The notes beneath the pieces were generated by a model, which worked only from the letters and a program-made list of their open reading frames with translations, was not told the origin of the DNA and made no database searches. Shown here one piece after another: positions 20,501 through 29,722 of a DNA stretch of 58,666 nucleotides; within the stretch, counting starts at the first letter, position 1; every line of letters begins with the position of its first letter. This DNA is from a virus. The position numbers and the translations under genes were made by a program. The stretch lies in the UHGV virus genome UHGV-1373577, one strand, 5' to 3'.

Positions 20501-22963
20501 GCCGCCAACTCGTACATCGACGGGTTCATCCAGCAGCTCAAGGACCGGAAGGATGAGATCTACAAGGCCAACACGTACGAGGCGCGCACCTACTCCGGCC
20601 CCTACGACTACACCGGCACACCCATCCGCAAGTACTACAGCACCCAGGCCGGGCAGCAGGCCGAGCAGGACGTCCAGAATCTCAACAACCAGATCGAGGC
20701 CCTGGAGAACCTGCGCACGAAGCTCGGCGACGTGTCCGGGGCCGCCTCCGACGCCGTGTCGTCCCAGTCCGCCCTCGGCCAGATCGTCCAGGGGCTCACC
20801 GGCGACACCCAGGACGCCGCCGACGCCACGGGGAGCCTCGCAGACGCCACCGCCGACGCCGCCGAGGACGCCAAGACCGCCGGGCAGGCGTGGGACGAGT
20901 ACCTCCAGTCCCTCGACGCCATCGTCGACGCCGCCTTCCAGTTCACCAACGCCGAGGCGGGCATGTACTCCGCCCTCGACGAACTCAACCAGTCCTTGTA
21001 CGACAACGGCAACTCGTTCGACACGTTCACGGAGGCCGGGCGGTCCAACCTGGAGGCCCTCCAGAACTACCTGAAGGCCACCGCCCAGTACGCCGGTCGC
21101 ATGGCCGAGGAGATGGGCATGAGCGGCGTCGAGGCACAGGAGTACATCGCCTCCTATGTTCAGGCCGCCATCGACGACCTCAAGGCCCAGGGCATCGACA
21201 CCACGTGGGTGGAGGCCCAGATGTCGAACGTCGTCTCCTCCCTCGACCAGACCATCTCCGGGCCCACCGTCGACATGAGCGCCCTGAACGCGGGCCTCCA
21301 GGACGCGGTCACCAACGCCAACAACGCCGCCGCCCTCATCCAGCAGATCCTCGCGGGTGTCGGCATCCGCACCTCGTCGCGGCCCGGGGGCGGGCTGAAC
21401 ACCGGTGGGAAGCGGCTCAACAAGAACGTTCTCGGGTCGAAGGGCGGCCTGACCACTAAGCAGATCACCGCGGGGATGAGCATCGGGGCGATGGGGTTCA
21501 CCGGGGGCGGCGGCTCGGCCCGCGGCCTGGCGAACACCATGTTCCAGGGCAACAAGCAGCGCTACCAGTTCACCCCTAAGACCTCCTCCTCGGGCCACGG
21601 GGGCGGCGGAGGTGGCGGCCACCGCGGCGGTGGCGGTGGCGGCGGAGGGGGCCACGACCACACACCCCGGTCCTCCTCGTCGCGCACCAGGAAGGAGAAG
21701 ACCCCGGAGGAGATCTTCGAGGACTTCCTCTCCCGCCTCGACAAGGCCATGAACCAGGCTTTGAACAAGTTCTGGCAGAACCAGGACGCCCAGGACAAGT
21801 ACCACGCCCAGCTCAACTCGATGCGCAAGACCATCGAGGACGCCAACAAGTCAATCAAGGACCTCACCGACGACATCTGGGACCTGAACAACACCCTGTC
21901 GGAGAAGGAGAACGACCTGGCGAACCAGCGCTACTTCCAGTCCGTCGCCAAGAAGTACGGGGACACCAGCAGGCAGCGCGACATTCAGGTCGACATCGAC
22001 AAGACCACGAAGGAGATCTCCGACACGAAGAACTCCATCGCCGACAAGGAGAAGGAGATCGCCAAGACGAAGGAGGGCATGTACGCCCTCCAGGGGTACA
22101 CGGAGGCGGCCATCAACAACCGGGCCGCCCTCAAGGCCCTCCAGTCCACCATGATCGACATGATCAACGCCTACGCGGCCTCCGGGGCGTCCACGGAGCA
22201 GCTCACCGCCTACGCCGCCCAGCTGAAGCAGGAGTTCATCGCCCAGGCCACGCAGATGGGCTTCAACCAGGGCGAAGTGACCACCCTGTCCGGGGCGTTC
22301 GACAACCTCACCCGGACGATCCAGGCGGTGCCCCGCGTCGTCGACGTCGACGTGTCCGACAACGGCACCTCCGACCGCACCGGCGCCGGGATCCGCTCCA
22401 TGGCCTCCAACGGCGGGGCCGGCTACTCGGCCCCCGTCACCGCCGAGGCCGACACCTACAGGGCTGGGAAGCAGCTGAGCGATTTCACCAGGGACCGGTA
22501 CATGACGGTCTACGTTCAGGCGGTGCGCACCGGAGCGGCTCTGGGGGCCCTGGGAGCGATGGGCGGTTTCCGCTACGCCCACGGCGGCCGCGTGCCCGGC
22601 AGGGCCGGGGGCGGCGGCATGCTCGGAGGGCGCAGGCGCACCGGCAACTGGGACGCCGACGACCTGCTCGGCATCACCCCGGTCGGCGGCGTCATCGGCG
22701 TCCAGTCCGGCGAGTACGTCATGCCCCGCTCCAGCGTCGACAAGTACGGGCCCGGAATGATGGAGGCCATCCGTGCCGGGCAGTACCGCCCTGAGGTCAA
22801 GGTCAACAACAGCCCCGGCCTGTCGGGCCCCATTACGATCAACCCCAACCAGATCCACCAGCTCGCCCGGGCCGTGTCGACCGTCCTCAACCTGGACGGA
22901 CGCCAGGTCGGGGCCGCCGTCAACAACGTCAACGCCCGAAGCGGACGAAGGGGGACCTACTGA
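17567..22963 (+). CDS. Tape measure protein.
   Basis: 1798-aa mostly helical protein with an internal Gly/His-rich stretch. Follows the chaperones. RBS ggagcagcc. Confidence 0.85.
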   Translation: MAGVDDLGFKISVDASGATKGANEFTAAAGRIAEATRAMARATQGAKAAVLQNAVSGRGGAEYRTMMKQIEAYKGLIKVTRELAAARKELDGVDFSKTAQNISEAVKAMAKATRTTDYIGSPQLDKVKSQIDLYARLANVSRDLARANKELQSSLIKTNQAVAAQPKQKTELDEAAKREALSAFRGKMYRARVRQADPTASGAEVAEGVRAETQAYKELVDAIGKAEAAEEKRATVAGINQDLARARRQEADETRRLAEAEREAAEISGRSSVFRATQIADINSAIDANNRYIGALESTRFAAQDLRNYLTLLAAGFTSLSVAFVAAAASQERAFADVARTTQLSAQSAEMRALSNTYRDLSTQISTTYEDLSQIGSLGAQMGISADKLGDFTHAVAGFTTITGTNIDSATEAFGRFFEMVDNAGVEADHSGQRYMNFASQVAELGAKSVATESEILTMANSIAASAASAGIGQDAILAYATALSSLGIKQEWARGSLQRIFGSINDAVAEAGEGMNKFATVLGMTTEEAENLWRTDPSTFFNNLLTSLNNVTDSVERWTIIKNLGFKNTRDIQLLQRLSLNIDLVNESFKNSADAARNTEFLDSSLETLNATLTETIARWKNSLANLGASLGGPFLGVVKKILDGLIVIQDALSHIGDNAFGRVFLAASSGLVVFGSLVAISKVLQALVLNVAASYVSMRTNMMQAGLSGQMTWSNIYKLIKQANMALYENIGLMKTRTALERSDQAATSLGGLAAAGAAAKKNADAAKDAAKGIAEVGTAAASSAAQTGLLAKAMGGLKGVMSGIASIGPMGWIGIAATAIPVVIQLYDEWANSAKRAAEAAQQARVENLQALGGGEALTKALIQDAKEAADGTQQTFGALELAVDGSATSTKDSADALYYWIDASGNLVQATKDQAAAMGYSTLAIGDHTAALIKDAIASSDAFKSLSANDFKTLTDQGFDWKEWSRQYATGGQDAANSYIDGFIQQLKDRKDEIYKANTYEARTYSGPYDYTGTPIRKYYSTQAGQQAEQDVQNLNNQIEALENLRTKLGDVSGAASDAVSSQSALGQIVQGLTGDTQDAADATGSLADATADAAEDAKTAGQAWDEYLQSLDAIVDAAFQFTNAEAGMYSALDELNQSLYDNGNSFDTFTEAGRSNLEALQNYLKATAQYAGRMAEEMGMSGVEAQEYIASYVQAAIDDLKAQGIDTTWVEAQMSNVVSSLDQTISGPTVDMSALNAGLQDAVTNANNAAALIQQILAGVGIRTSSRPGGGLNTGGKRLNKNVLGSKGGLTTKQITAGMSIGAMGFTGGGGSARGLANTMFQGNKQRYQFTPKTSSSGHGGGGGGGHRGGGGGGGGGHDHTPRSSSSRTRKEKTPEEIFEDFLSRLDKAMNQALNKFWQNQDAQDKYHAQLNSMRKTIEDANKSIKDLTDDIWDLNNTLSEKENDLANQRYFQSVAKKYGDTSRQRDIQVDIDKTTKEISDTKNSIADKEKEIAKTKEGMYALQGYTEAAINNRAALKALQSTMIDMINAYAASGASTEQLTAYAAQLKQEFIAQATQMGFNQGEVTTLSGAFDNLTRTIQAVPRVVDVDVSDNGTSDRTGAGIRSMASNGGAGYSAPVTAEADTYRAGKQLSDFTRDRYMTVYVQAVRTGAALGALGAMGGFRYAHGGRVPGRAGGGGMLGGRRRTGNWDADDLLGITPVGGVIGVQSGEYVMPRSSVDKYGPGMMEAIRAGQYRPEVKVNNSPGLSGPITINPNQIHQLARAVSTVLNLDGRQVGAAVNNVNARSGRRGTY

Positions 22964-23799
22964 TGTCAGCGCACCACGGTGTCGCGGCCCTGTGGACGGG
23001 GCGGCGGTTCGCCTGGATCCCGGCCCCCGACGCCCCCGCCTCGCACACCCTGGTCTCCTGGGGGTCCGCCGACCAACTGATCGGGGGCGGGGCCGTCGTG
23101 TCCGCCTCCAGATATGCGGCCCGCACCATCGAACTGTCGTGGTCCAACCTGACCCGCTCCGAGCTGCTGCTCATCCAGGACATGCTCACCTGGGCGGGCG
23201 AGGATGAGATCATCTACCGGGACGACATGAACTCCGGCGGCAACATCCTCTCCCCCTTCCTGGGGCGCCCCCACCTGCACGCCGACTCGCTGACGCCCCT
23301 CGCCTACGACGACAAGGGCACCGTCCTGGGGCGCACCGTCGACGTCAACAACGGGCCCCTCAAGGCCCTGGAGTTCACCGGGGCGCAGGCCGCCGACGGC
23401 AAGCCGCACGTGTACCGGGAGCACGTGCTCATCCCCCCGGGCGCCGACATGCACATCGTCGCCTCCGGCGCCCTCACCGCACCCGGCCTCATCCAGGTCA
23501 CCGGCGGCGTCAACATCTCGTCGGCCGCCATCACCCGCATCCCCGGCCTCGACGACGCCCCCAGGATCGTCGACGTGACCGTCACCGCCCCCGCCGTCCC
23601 CGACCAGGTCCTCACCTGGGTTCGGGCCGCGTTCACCGCCCGCGGCGGGGCCGCCCCCGACCTGTGGCCGTACGCCACCCCGGAGGGCTTCGGCTCCATG
23701 CGCGTCGAGCCCGGCTCCCTGGCCGTCACCGGCGTCAACCCCGCCTACGGGCTGTTCTCCGCCACCGTCACATTGAGGGAGGTGTGGCCGTGGCTGTGA
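22963..23799 (+). CDS. Distal tail protein (Dit-like) candidate.
   Basis: Starts at the ATGA overlap with the tape measure stop. 278 aa. Confidence 0.45.
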   Translation: MSAHHGVAALWTGRRFAWIPAPDAPASHTLVSWGSADQLIGGGAVVSASRYAARTIELSWSNLTRSELLLIQDMLTWAGEDEIIYRDDMNSGGNILSPFLGRPHLHADSLTPLAYDDKGTVLGRTVDVNNGPLKALEFTGAQAADGKPHVYREHVLIPPGADMHIVASGALTAPGLIQVTGGVNISSAAITRIPGLDDAPRIVDVTVTAPAVPDQVLTWVRAAFTARGGAAPDLWPYATPEGFGSMRVEPGSLAVTGVNPAYGLFSATVTLREVWPWL

Positions 23800-25265
23800 G
23801 GTTCTTCGGCGCCCCCACCGGCATCGGCTCCTGGTCCTACGACGAGGACGCCGTGTCCCTCGACCGGGACGAATCCCCCTCGGGAACCGCCACCGTCACC
23901 GTCGGCGGCCCCGGCCGGTTCACCCCCGCCGACCTGACCCCCCTGCTCGGCAGGACCCTGATCGTCCAGTCCACCGGCCGCGGCCGGTCCGACATGATGA
24001 TCACCGATATCAGCATCGACGAGGACTCCTGGTCCATCACGGGGGGTTCGGGGCTGTCGGCCCTCAACCAGGTGGGCACGCTCAACCCCGTGCACCGCAC
24101 CGACCTGGAGTCGATCATCAGCCGGTGCTTCTTCGCCGTCAACTGGCCCATGCCGCCCGTCAACGTCGACACAGCCCTGAAGGACGAGCGCTACAACCTG
24201 CCCGGCGGGCGCGACAACGTGTGGTCCATGCTGCGTCGCTTCCTGTCCGCGAACATGCTCGACCTGTCGTGGCGGGAGGGCACCATCGCCATCACCCCCA
24301 GGCCCGGGCGCGACATCTACCTCCAGGACCGCCCCACGTCCTCCACCGTCAGCCTGGAGGACGGCGCCCGATCCAAGGAGATCCGGGTCAACGTCTACCA
24401 CCGCACCCGCATCGGGACGGGCGTGGGCGCGGGCGCCGACCGGGGCCTCATCTACCCCGTGGCCCCCTCCAAGTACCCGGGGGCCGACGTCCAGTACGGG
24501 GACCCCAGCGACACGGGCGCGATGAGCGTCAACGCCGGTGAGCGCACGGAGACCACCATCCGCTTCGGCGCCGAAGTCTCCTACGTCAACCAGCCCACCA
24601 TGGTCCGCTCCATCCCCTTCAAGGACGGCTCGCCGGACCTGACGCACATGCGCAACGGCCTGTACGTCGTCGTCGGCAAGGACAACAAGCCGATCACGCC
24701 CGCCCAGTGGGCCGACATGGGCGGCGGGCTCACCGTAAAGCTCAACGACGACCGGCGCTCTGCCACCGTCATCCTGTCCGGCATGAACTACGAGCACCTG
24801 TCCCCCTACCGGGTCTGCGAGTCCGACGGCAAAGTGGACCACCCGGCCCTGTACCTGATCGGCGGCCTGGGCTCCTACGTCGACGTGGAGACCCTCAGCC
24901 TGGCGACCGGGGCGAAGGGCACCGACGACGTCACCACGATCGACAACCCGTCCATCGACACCACGACCAAGGGCTGGGCTGCGGCGCAGGCGGCAGCGGA
25001 CGCCCGCGTCGGCTCCACGCTCACCCTGCAATGGAAGGGCGCCCCGCCCTCCGGACCGGTCCTGGGGGCCCTGCCGGGGGCCCGGTTCCGCTACCGAGGG
25101 CACTGGTGGCGGGTCGACTCGGCCACGATCGAGGAGGGGGCGGTGTCACTCCAGGCCACCAGCCACCCGCTCCTGTCCGACTACAACCGCAAATACCCGC
25201 GCGTGTCGAATCTTCCGCTTAGCGGAAGAACCCTGCGCGACCTGTCCACGATCGGAGTCCTGTGA
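23796..25265 (+). CDS. Tail-associated / baseplate hub-like minor tail protein.
   Basis: GTGA overlap with the upstream stop. 490 aa downstream of the Dit-like gene. Confidence 0.45.
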   Translation: MRFFGAPTGIGSWSYDEDAVSLDRDESPSGTATVTVGGPGRFTPADLTPLLGRTLIVQSTGRGRSDMMITDISIDEDSWSITGGSGLSALNQVGTLNPVHRTDLESIISRCFFAVNWPMPPVNVDTALKDERYNLPGGRDNVWSMLRRFLSANMLDLSWREGTIAITPRPGRDIYLQDRPTSSTVSLEDGARSKEIRVNVYHRTRIGTGVGAGADRGLIYPVAPSKYPGADVQYGDPSDTGAMSVNAGERTETTIRFGAEVSYVNQPTMVRSIPFKDGSPDLTHMRNGLYVVVGKDNKPITPAQWADMGGGLTVKLNDDRRSATVILSGMNYEHLSPYRVCESDGKVDHPALYLIGGLGSYVDVETLSLATGAKGTDDVTTIDNPSIDTTTKGWAAAQAAADARVGSTLTLQWKGAPPSGPVLGALPGARFRYRGHWWRVDSATIEEGAVSLQATSHPLLSDYNRKYPRVSNLPLSGRTLRDLSTIGVL

Positions 25266-27289
25266 TGGCGTACACCGCATCCGTGTTCCCCGCCTCCAAC
25301 CTCTCACCCCAGTCGCAGCAGTGGCGCGGCGCCGTCGAGAAGCGCGTGTCGATCCTGGAGGAGGGCGACACCTCCGCCCACGCCCGGCGCCTCATGAGCC
25401 GGTGGACGGCGACCATGGGGTCCATCGGCAGCCTGGAGGACCGCCTCGACGACGCCCAGTCGCTCGCGCAGATCGCCGGGGCCATGGCCGACGACGCCGT
25501 CTCCTGGCACGACGCGCCCCCCGTGTCCCCCGGGCCCGGCGTCGACAACCCGGACATCCCCGTCAACCAGAACGCCACCTGGTACGTGTGCGAACTGTCC
25601 AAGCAGGGCGGTGTCGACAAGGACCGCGTCAAGCAGGTGTGGCAGTGGTCGCCCCCGGGCGTGGACGGCGACGCGGACGGCAAGTGGGTGCAGCAGCACT
25701 GGGGCACCGACACCCTCGGTGAGGGGGCCGTCGACTACAAGCACCTGGCCGCCGCCGCCAAGGGGGACCTCCAGGCCGCTAAGGCCCTGTCGGGGCGCTT
25801 CGACACGCTGGCCGCCTCGTACGAGCAGACGAGGGCGGACCTGGAGCAGGCGAAGAAGGACGTCGCCAAGGCGGTGGCCGGTGCCAAGGCCGTCATCATC
25901 TCCGACAGGGAGCCCACCGGCGCGGACCGCAAGCAGGGGAACCTGTGGGTGTCGACCGCTGGAGGCACGACGAGGCTCTACGTGTTCGACGAGGCGAAGA
26001 ACGCCTGGGTCCTCGTCGAGGGGGACGACGCCGCCCAGGCCGCGGCCGCCGCCGCCGAGGCGCAGAAGAAGGCGAAGGAGGCCCTGGACAAGGCGCAGGC
26101 CGTGGAGGACATGGCCACGGCCGCCAAGCTCGCCGCCGAGCGCGCCCAGAAGAGCGCCGACGGGAAGAACACGATCTTCTACCAGGCCAACAAGCCCTCG
26201 CTCAACGGGCGCAATGACGGGGACCTGTGGTACGACACGGATGACAACTACAGGATGTACCGCTTCCGGGCCGGTGTCGAGGACTTCATCGAGGCGGGGG
26301 TGGCCGCCGCGGACCTCACGGGCACCATGTCGAACAGCATGGTCGAGGGGGTGTGGAAGCAGGCGCAGTCCTCCGGGGCCGTGGCCAGGAACCCGGTCGA
26401 GGGGTCGATGATCGCCAATGGGGCTATCACCACCACTCATGTGCAGGGCCTTGACGCCGGTGTGATCACCTCCGGATTCCTCGGCTCCGACCGCATCGCC
26501 GCCAGGTCCCTCACCGCCGCCGTGCTGGCCGCCGGGACCATCACCGTCGAAAGCGGGGTCATCGGCAGCCTGAACGCCAACGACATCAAGTTCGGCACCC
26601 TGTCGGGCGACCGCGTCGACGCCAACACACTGCGCGGAAAGCTCATCGAGGGCGGAACCATCAAGGGCGGACTGATCGCCGGGGGCAGGGTTCTGGGCGC
26701 AACCCTGGCCACCACGACGAACGGGGACGGTGACCGCGTGGAGATCGACGCCAATCACGGTCTGACCGTGTGGCGGGGGAACAAGGTGTACGCCCAACTG
26801 CATCCGTCCCTGGCCAACGGCCTGGCGTTGAACAACCCGCACAGCGGCAATCTGGTTCAAGGCCCGTACGCCGACCTGACGGACGTGTCGTCCATTATTT
26901 TCGGGGCGCAGTTCCAGTTCCGTCGCAACCCCACGACGGTCAACGCCGCCTCCGACGGATGCGTCGCCTACTCGTGGTCCTTCAACGCCCCCTCCTCGGG
27001 GCGGGCCATCATCATCGCGTCGATCAACTGCGTGTCGGGGGCGCAGAACCCCAACCAGCGGGCCTTCTTCATCCTGCGCAACAGGGACTCGGGTTCGTGG
27101 GTGGAGACGGGTTACGTGTACAACGGCTACGGATGGCAGTCCGACGTCCCCATGTTCATGGGCATGGCCACGAAGCTGCCCACCTCGGGCAAGTGCACGA
27201 TCTGGACGAAGATGGGCATGCGCAACAACGGGGCCAACTACATCGGCTGGGGCTCGGACTTCGCCTCCACCATGCTCATCCCCTGTTGA
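25262..27289 (+). CDS. Minor tail / fibre protein with a central coiled coil.
   Basis: 675 aa. AAQAAAAAAEAQKKAKEALDKAQAVEDMATAAKLAAERAQ coiled-coil segment. C-terminal beta-rich region. Confidence 0.5.
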   Translation: MMAYTASVFPASNLSPQSQQWRGAVEKRVSILEEGDTSAHARRLMSRWTATMGSIGSLEDRLDDAQSLAQIAGAMADDAVSWHDAPPVSPGPGVDNPDIPVNQNATWYVCELSKQGGVDKDRVKQVWQWSPPGVDGDADGKWVQQHWGTDTLGEGAVDYKHLAAAAKGDLQAAKALSGRFDTLAASYEQTRADLEQAKKDVAKAVAGAKAVIISDREPTGADRKQGNLWVSTAGGTTRLYVFDEAKNAWVLVEGDDAAQAAAAAAEAQKKAKEALDKAQAVEDMATAAKLAAERAQKSADGKNTIFYQANKPSLNGRNDGDLWYDTDDNYRMYRFRAGVEDFIEAGVAAADLTGTMSNSMVEGVWKQAQSSGAVARNPVEGSMIANGAITTTHVQGLDAGVITSGFLGSDRIAARSLTAAVLAAGTITVESGVIGSLNANDIKFGTLSGDRVDANTLRGKLIEGGTIKGGLIAGGRVLGATLATTTNGDGDRVEIDANHGLTVWRGNKVYAQLHPSLANGLALNNPHSGNLVQGPYADLTDVSSIIFGAQFQFRRNPTTVNAASDGCVAYSWSFNAPSSGRAIIIASINCVSGAQNPNQRAFFILRNRDSGSWVETGYVYNGYGWQSDVPMFMGMATKLPTSGKCTIWTKMGMRNNGANYIGWGSDFASTMLIPC

Positions 27290-27306
27290 GAAGGGACAAT
27301 AGGACC

Positions 27307-27978
27307 ATGACGGGAACCGACCGCAACGGAATCTACACGTACTCCGGCGACGACACCGCCGCCGACTGGCCCACGCTACTCAACCTCGGCGTCTCCTCCG
27401 TGTCGAACGTGATCTCCAAGCTGCGCCAGTCGTCCATCTACAAAGCGGCCAACGCCGCCGCCGCCAACACCCTGCGCGACACCCTCGTCGCCGCCGGGAT
27501 CACCCCCACCGCCACCGACCCCATCCTCGTATACCTCACCTCCAACGGGCGCATCATCGCCTGGGACGGGGCCACCTGGAAGTCCGACGGCTCCAACATC
27601 ACCTCCTGGATGATCACCGGCTCGGAGGTGGCCACCCCCGCCACCCCCATCACCAACGCCATCCTCGTCGGCAGCCGCGGGGAGGCCAGCAGGTTCCGGG
27701 AGGAAGCGGGCTCAACCGTCATCCGGGTGCCCACCCCCCTGGACTCCAAGTTCACCGGGTTCATCAGCCTGGCCCGCAAGTACACGGGCATCGCCACGGC
27801 CCTGATCACCAACGGCGACGTGTGGTCCTTCGGGGGGAACATCGGGGGAGCCGGTTACGGGTGGGACAAGGTCAAGAACAACGAGGGCGTCATCGTCCGC
27901 GTCCCCTACGTGGCCCGGGGCGCCGCACCCGGCAGCCTCATCCGCATCAACTACGCCATCAAGGGCTGGGAGGCGTGA
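27307..27978 (+). CDS. Minor tail protein.
   Basis: 224-aa ORF with RBS gaagggacaatagg. Last tail-module gene. Confidence 0.45.
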   Translation: MTGTDRNGIYTYSGDDTAADWPTLLNLGVSSVSNVISKLRQSSIYKAANAAAANTLRDTLVAAGITPTATDPILVYLTSNGRIIAWDGATWKSDGSNITSWMITGSEVATPATPITNAILVGSRGEASRFREEAGSTVIRVPTPLDSKFTGFISLARKYTGIATALITNGDVWSFGGNIGGAGYGWDKVKNNEGVIVRVPYVARGAAPGSLIRINYAIKGWEA

Positions 27979-27984
27979 GCCTCA

Positions 27985-28409
27985 TGTACATACCGCACCC
28001 GCCCTGGGCCAACACCCTCGACCGGGGGCTGCGCGCCGTCGGCTACGTGGCCCTGTCGCTGTTCTCCATTCGCGAGGCCGGGCTCATGCCCTACACGCCC
28101 GACGCCGCCATCTGGTACAACCTCGCCGTCCACATCGCCCTGTCGGTCATGGCGGGCGGCTGCGCGCTCGCCTGCCTGACCGGGCGCTCGCAGGCGGAGA
28201 TGGTCATCCTGCCCCTCGTCCTGGGGTGCGCGTCGGCCTCCTGGATCCTCGTCGTATCCGCCCATGGTTTCGGGGCCCGATCCGCCCTGCTCCTGTCCGT
28301 CGTGTTCCTGCTGTCGGCTAGAATGAACTGGCTGCGGTGGCTCAGACACCGCGCCATAATCCTCACCGCACTGCGTGACCGCGGCGGCCCGAACACCGAC
28401 AGGGGGTGA
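27985..28409 (+). CDS. Integral membrane protein (about 4 TM).
   Basis: Four hydrophobic segments (VGYVALSLFSI, LAVHIALSVMAGGCALACL, MVILPLVLGCASASWILVV, ALLLSVVFLLS). Confidence 0.45.
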
Positions 28410-28413
28410 TCGC

Positions 28414-28695
28414 TTGACGCCCCTGCTCACCACAGTGGGGTCCGTCATCGCCCTCATCACCTCCGCCCTGGCGGCCTGGGGCTCCTGGGTGAAAGTCAGC
28501 GCTGACCGCAAGCGGGGCGTCGGAGAGGCGGAGATGGCCCGCTCCAGGTTCGGCTTGGAGAGCCTCCAGGCGGCCCTGAACACGAAGGACACGATCATTG
28601 CCCAGTACCAGGAGGAGAACAGCCGCCTGCGCATCGAGGTCCACGACCTGCGTGTCGAGGTTGAGCGCTTGCAGCGGCGCCGTAAGAACGGCTGA
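28414..28695 (+). CDS. Single-pass membrane protein with C-terminal coiled coil. Start is uncertain (TTG or GTG).
   Basis: PLLTTVGSVIALITSALAAWGSW TM segment, then heptad-like LESLQAALNTKDTIIAQYQEENSRLRIEVHDLRVEVERLQ. Confidence 0.35.
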   Translation: MTPLLTTVGSVIALITSALAAWGSWVKVSADRKRGVGEAEMARSRFGLESLQAALNTKDTIIAQYQEENSRLRIEVHDLRVEVERLQRRRKNG

Positions 28696-28706
28696 GCCAG
28701 AATACG

Positions 28707-28745
28707 AAAAAGCCCGCCCCCTCCCCGAAGGAAGAGGGCGGGCCT
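28707..28745. terminator. Factor-independent terminator at the convergence point of the + and - gene blocks. A U-tract follows the hairpin for leftward transcripts.
   Basis: aaaaa-gcccgccc...gggcgggc 8-bp GC stem. Read on the - strand, TTTTT follows the hairpin. Lies between the stop at 28695 (+) and the stop at 28754 (-). Confidence 0.5.
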
Positions 28746-28753
28746 CTCGTCAA

Positions 28754-29221
28754 CTACCTCGACATGCGCTCCAGCAGACCCTTCAGGCGAAGCGTCATGG
28801 CGCAGTAGTGGTAGAGGTGGCGTGCGGCGTCGCGCACGTCGTCGGCGTCCGGCTGGTCAACCGACTTGCCGGTCGGCCAGAACCCGAGCGCCTTCAGCGT
28901 GGCGTCGCGAACCAGGGTCTTGGCCTGCGTCGGCGTCTGGTAGACGATCGGGCGCTTGTCGTAGATGTAGTCCATGATCGCGTTGACCTTCACCGGGGTG
29001 AGGTCTGCGAGGAACTGGTTGTGCGGGCGCAGGTCGAAGCGCTCGCCGACGACGACGTCCGGCTTGTAGCACCAGATGGCGCCTTTGAGCGTGAACGCCG
29101 TGTCGGTGTGGCTCGGGGCGGTGAACTGGTCGTACTCGATGATCTCGACGTCGTCGCCGTTGACATCCCCCAGGACCCACCCGGTCGACACCCCCGGGTC
29201 GTAGGCGAAGATCCGGGTCAC
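28754..29221 (-). CDS. RuvC-like Holliday junction resolvase.
   Basis: N-terminal IFAYDPGVSTGWVL matches the RuvC/YqgF motif I (IxGIDPG..G.A). 155 aa. Confidence 0.55.
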   Translation of the reverse strand: MTRIFAYDPGVSTGWVLGDVNGDDVEIIEYDQFTAPSHTDTAFTLKGAIWCYKPDVVVGERFDLRPHNQFLADLTPVKVNAIMDYIYDKRPIVYQTPTQAKTLVRDATLKALGFWPTGKSVDQPDADDVRDAARHLYHYCAMTLRLKGLLERMSR

Positions 29222-29223
29222 AG

Positions 29224-29373
29224 CGTGCTCACCACCAACCAGACAGTGAGGGCGGCGGCCGGGACGGCCAGCACCTTGATCATGACTCTGACGGGCCCCT
29301 CGAACGCTTCGGCGATCTCATTCAGCGAGAACGAGAGCATGAACGCCGCGATGAATGCGAGTGCGTACTTCAT
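29224..29373 (-). CDS. Tiny membrane protein (about 50 aa).
   Basis: MKYALAFIAAFMLSFSL... Hydrophobic. ATGA and GTGA overlaps couple it to its neighbours. Confidence 0.3.
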
Positions 29374-29537
29374 CGATCTCCTCCGTAGAAGTAGTACGAG
29401 GCGAGCACGACCAGCGCCGCGATCGGCACCTCGAAGAAGTTGAAGACTCGGCTAACCGTATCCTCCCTGTCCCTTGAGGTGATGTCGAAGAGGAGGGCGA
29501 GAACGACCGTGCCCGCCAGGGCGATGATGACGTCCTT
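29370..29537 (-). CDS. Tiny membrane protein (about 55 aa).
   Basis: VKDVIIALAGTVVLALLF...IAALVVLASYYF. Two hydrophobic segments. Overlapping start and stop codons. Confidence 0.3.
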   Translation of the reverse strand, partial: KDVIIALAGTVVLALLFDITSRDREDTVSRVFNFFEVPIAALVVLASYYFYGGDR

Positions 29538-29722
29538 CACCAGCCCATCACCGCCCCGATGACGCCGAAGCACACCAGTGCGATCGACAGGCAGCACAGG
29601 GCCCGGAACCACCACTTGGAAAAGCCCTCCTCGTGGCCGTCCACGGTGAACATGTACGCGGTGCAGAAGCCGAGCAGGGGCACGGTGAAGAACCAATAGG
29701 CGAACCAACTTCCGACGTTCAC
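29537..29722 (-). CDS. Small membrane protein (61 aa).
   Basis: WFAYWFFTVPLLGFCTAYMF and LCCLSIALVCFGVIGAVMGW hydrophobic helices. Confidence 0.4.
   Translation of the reverse strand: MNVGSWFAYWFFTVPLLGFCTAYMFTVDGHEEGFSKWWFRALCCLSIALVCFGVIGAVMGW

Noticed and set aside
16976-21805. 1609-aa ORF on the - strand, antisense to the tape measure gene. Similar long antisense or overlapping ORFs occur at 795..3323 (-), 4579..6135 (-), 12558..14237 (-), 15103..16944 (-), 23745..25103 (-), 25304..26860 (-), 31197..33470 (+), 34035..35300 (+) and 35346..36605 (+).
   Set aside because: High-GC genomes give long stop-free antisense frames. These translations are Gly/Arg/Pro-rich low-complexity. They overlap well-supported genes whose products have recognisable motifs, and they lack RBS or start-coupling patterns.
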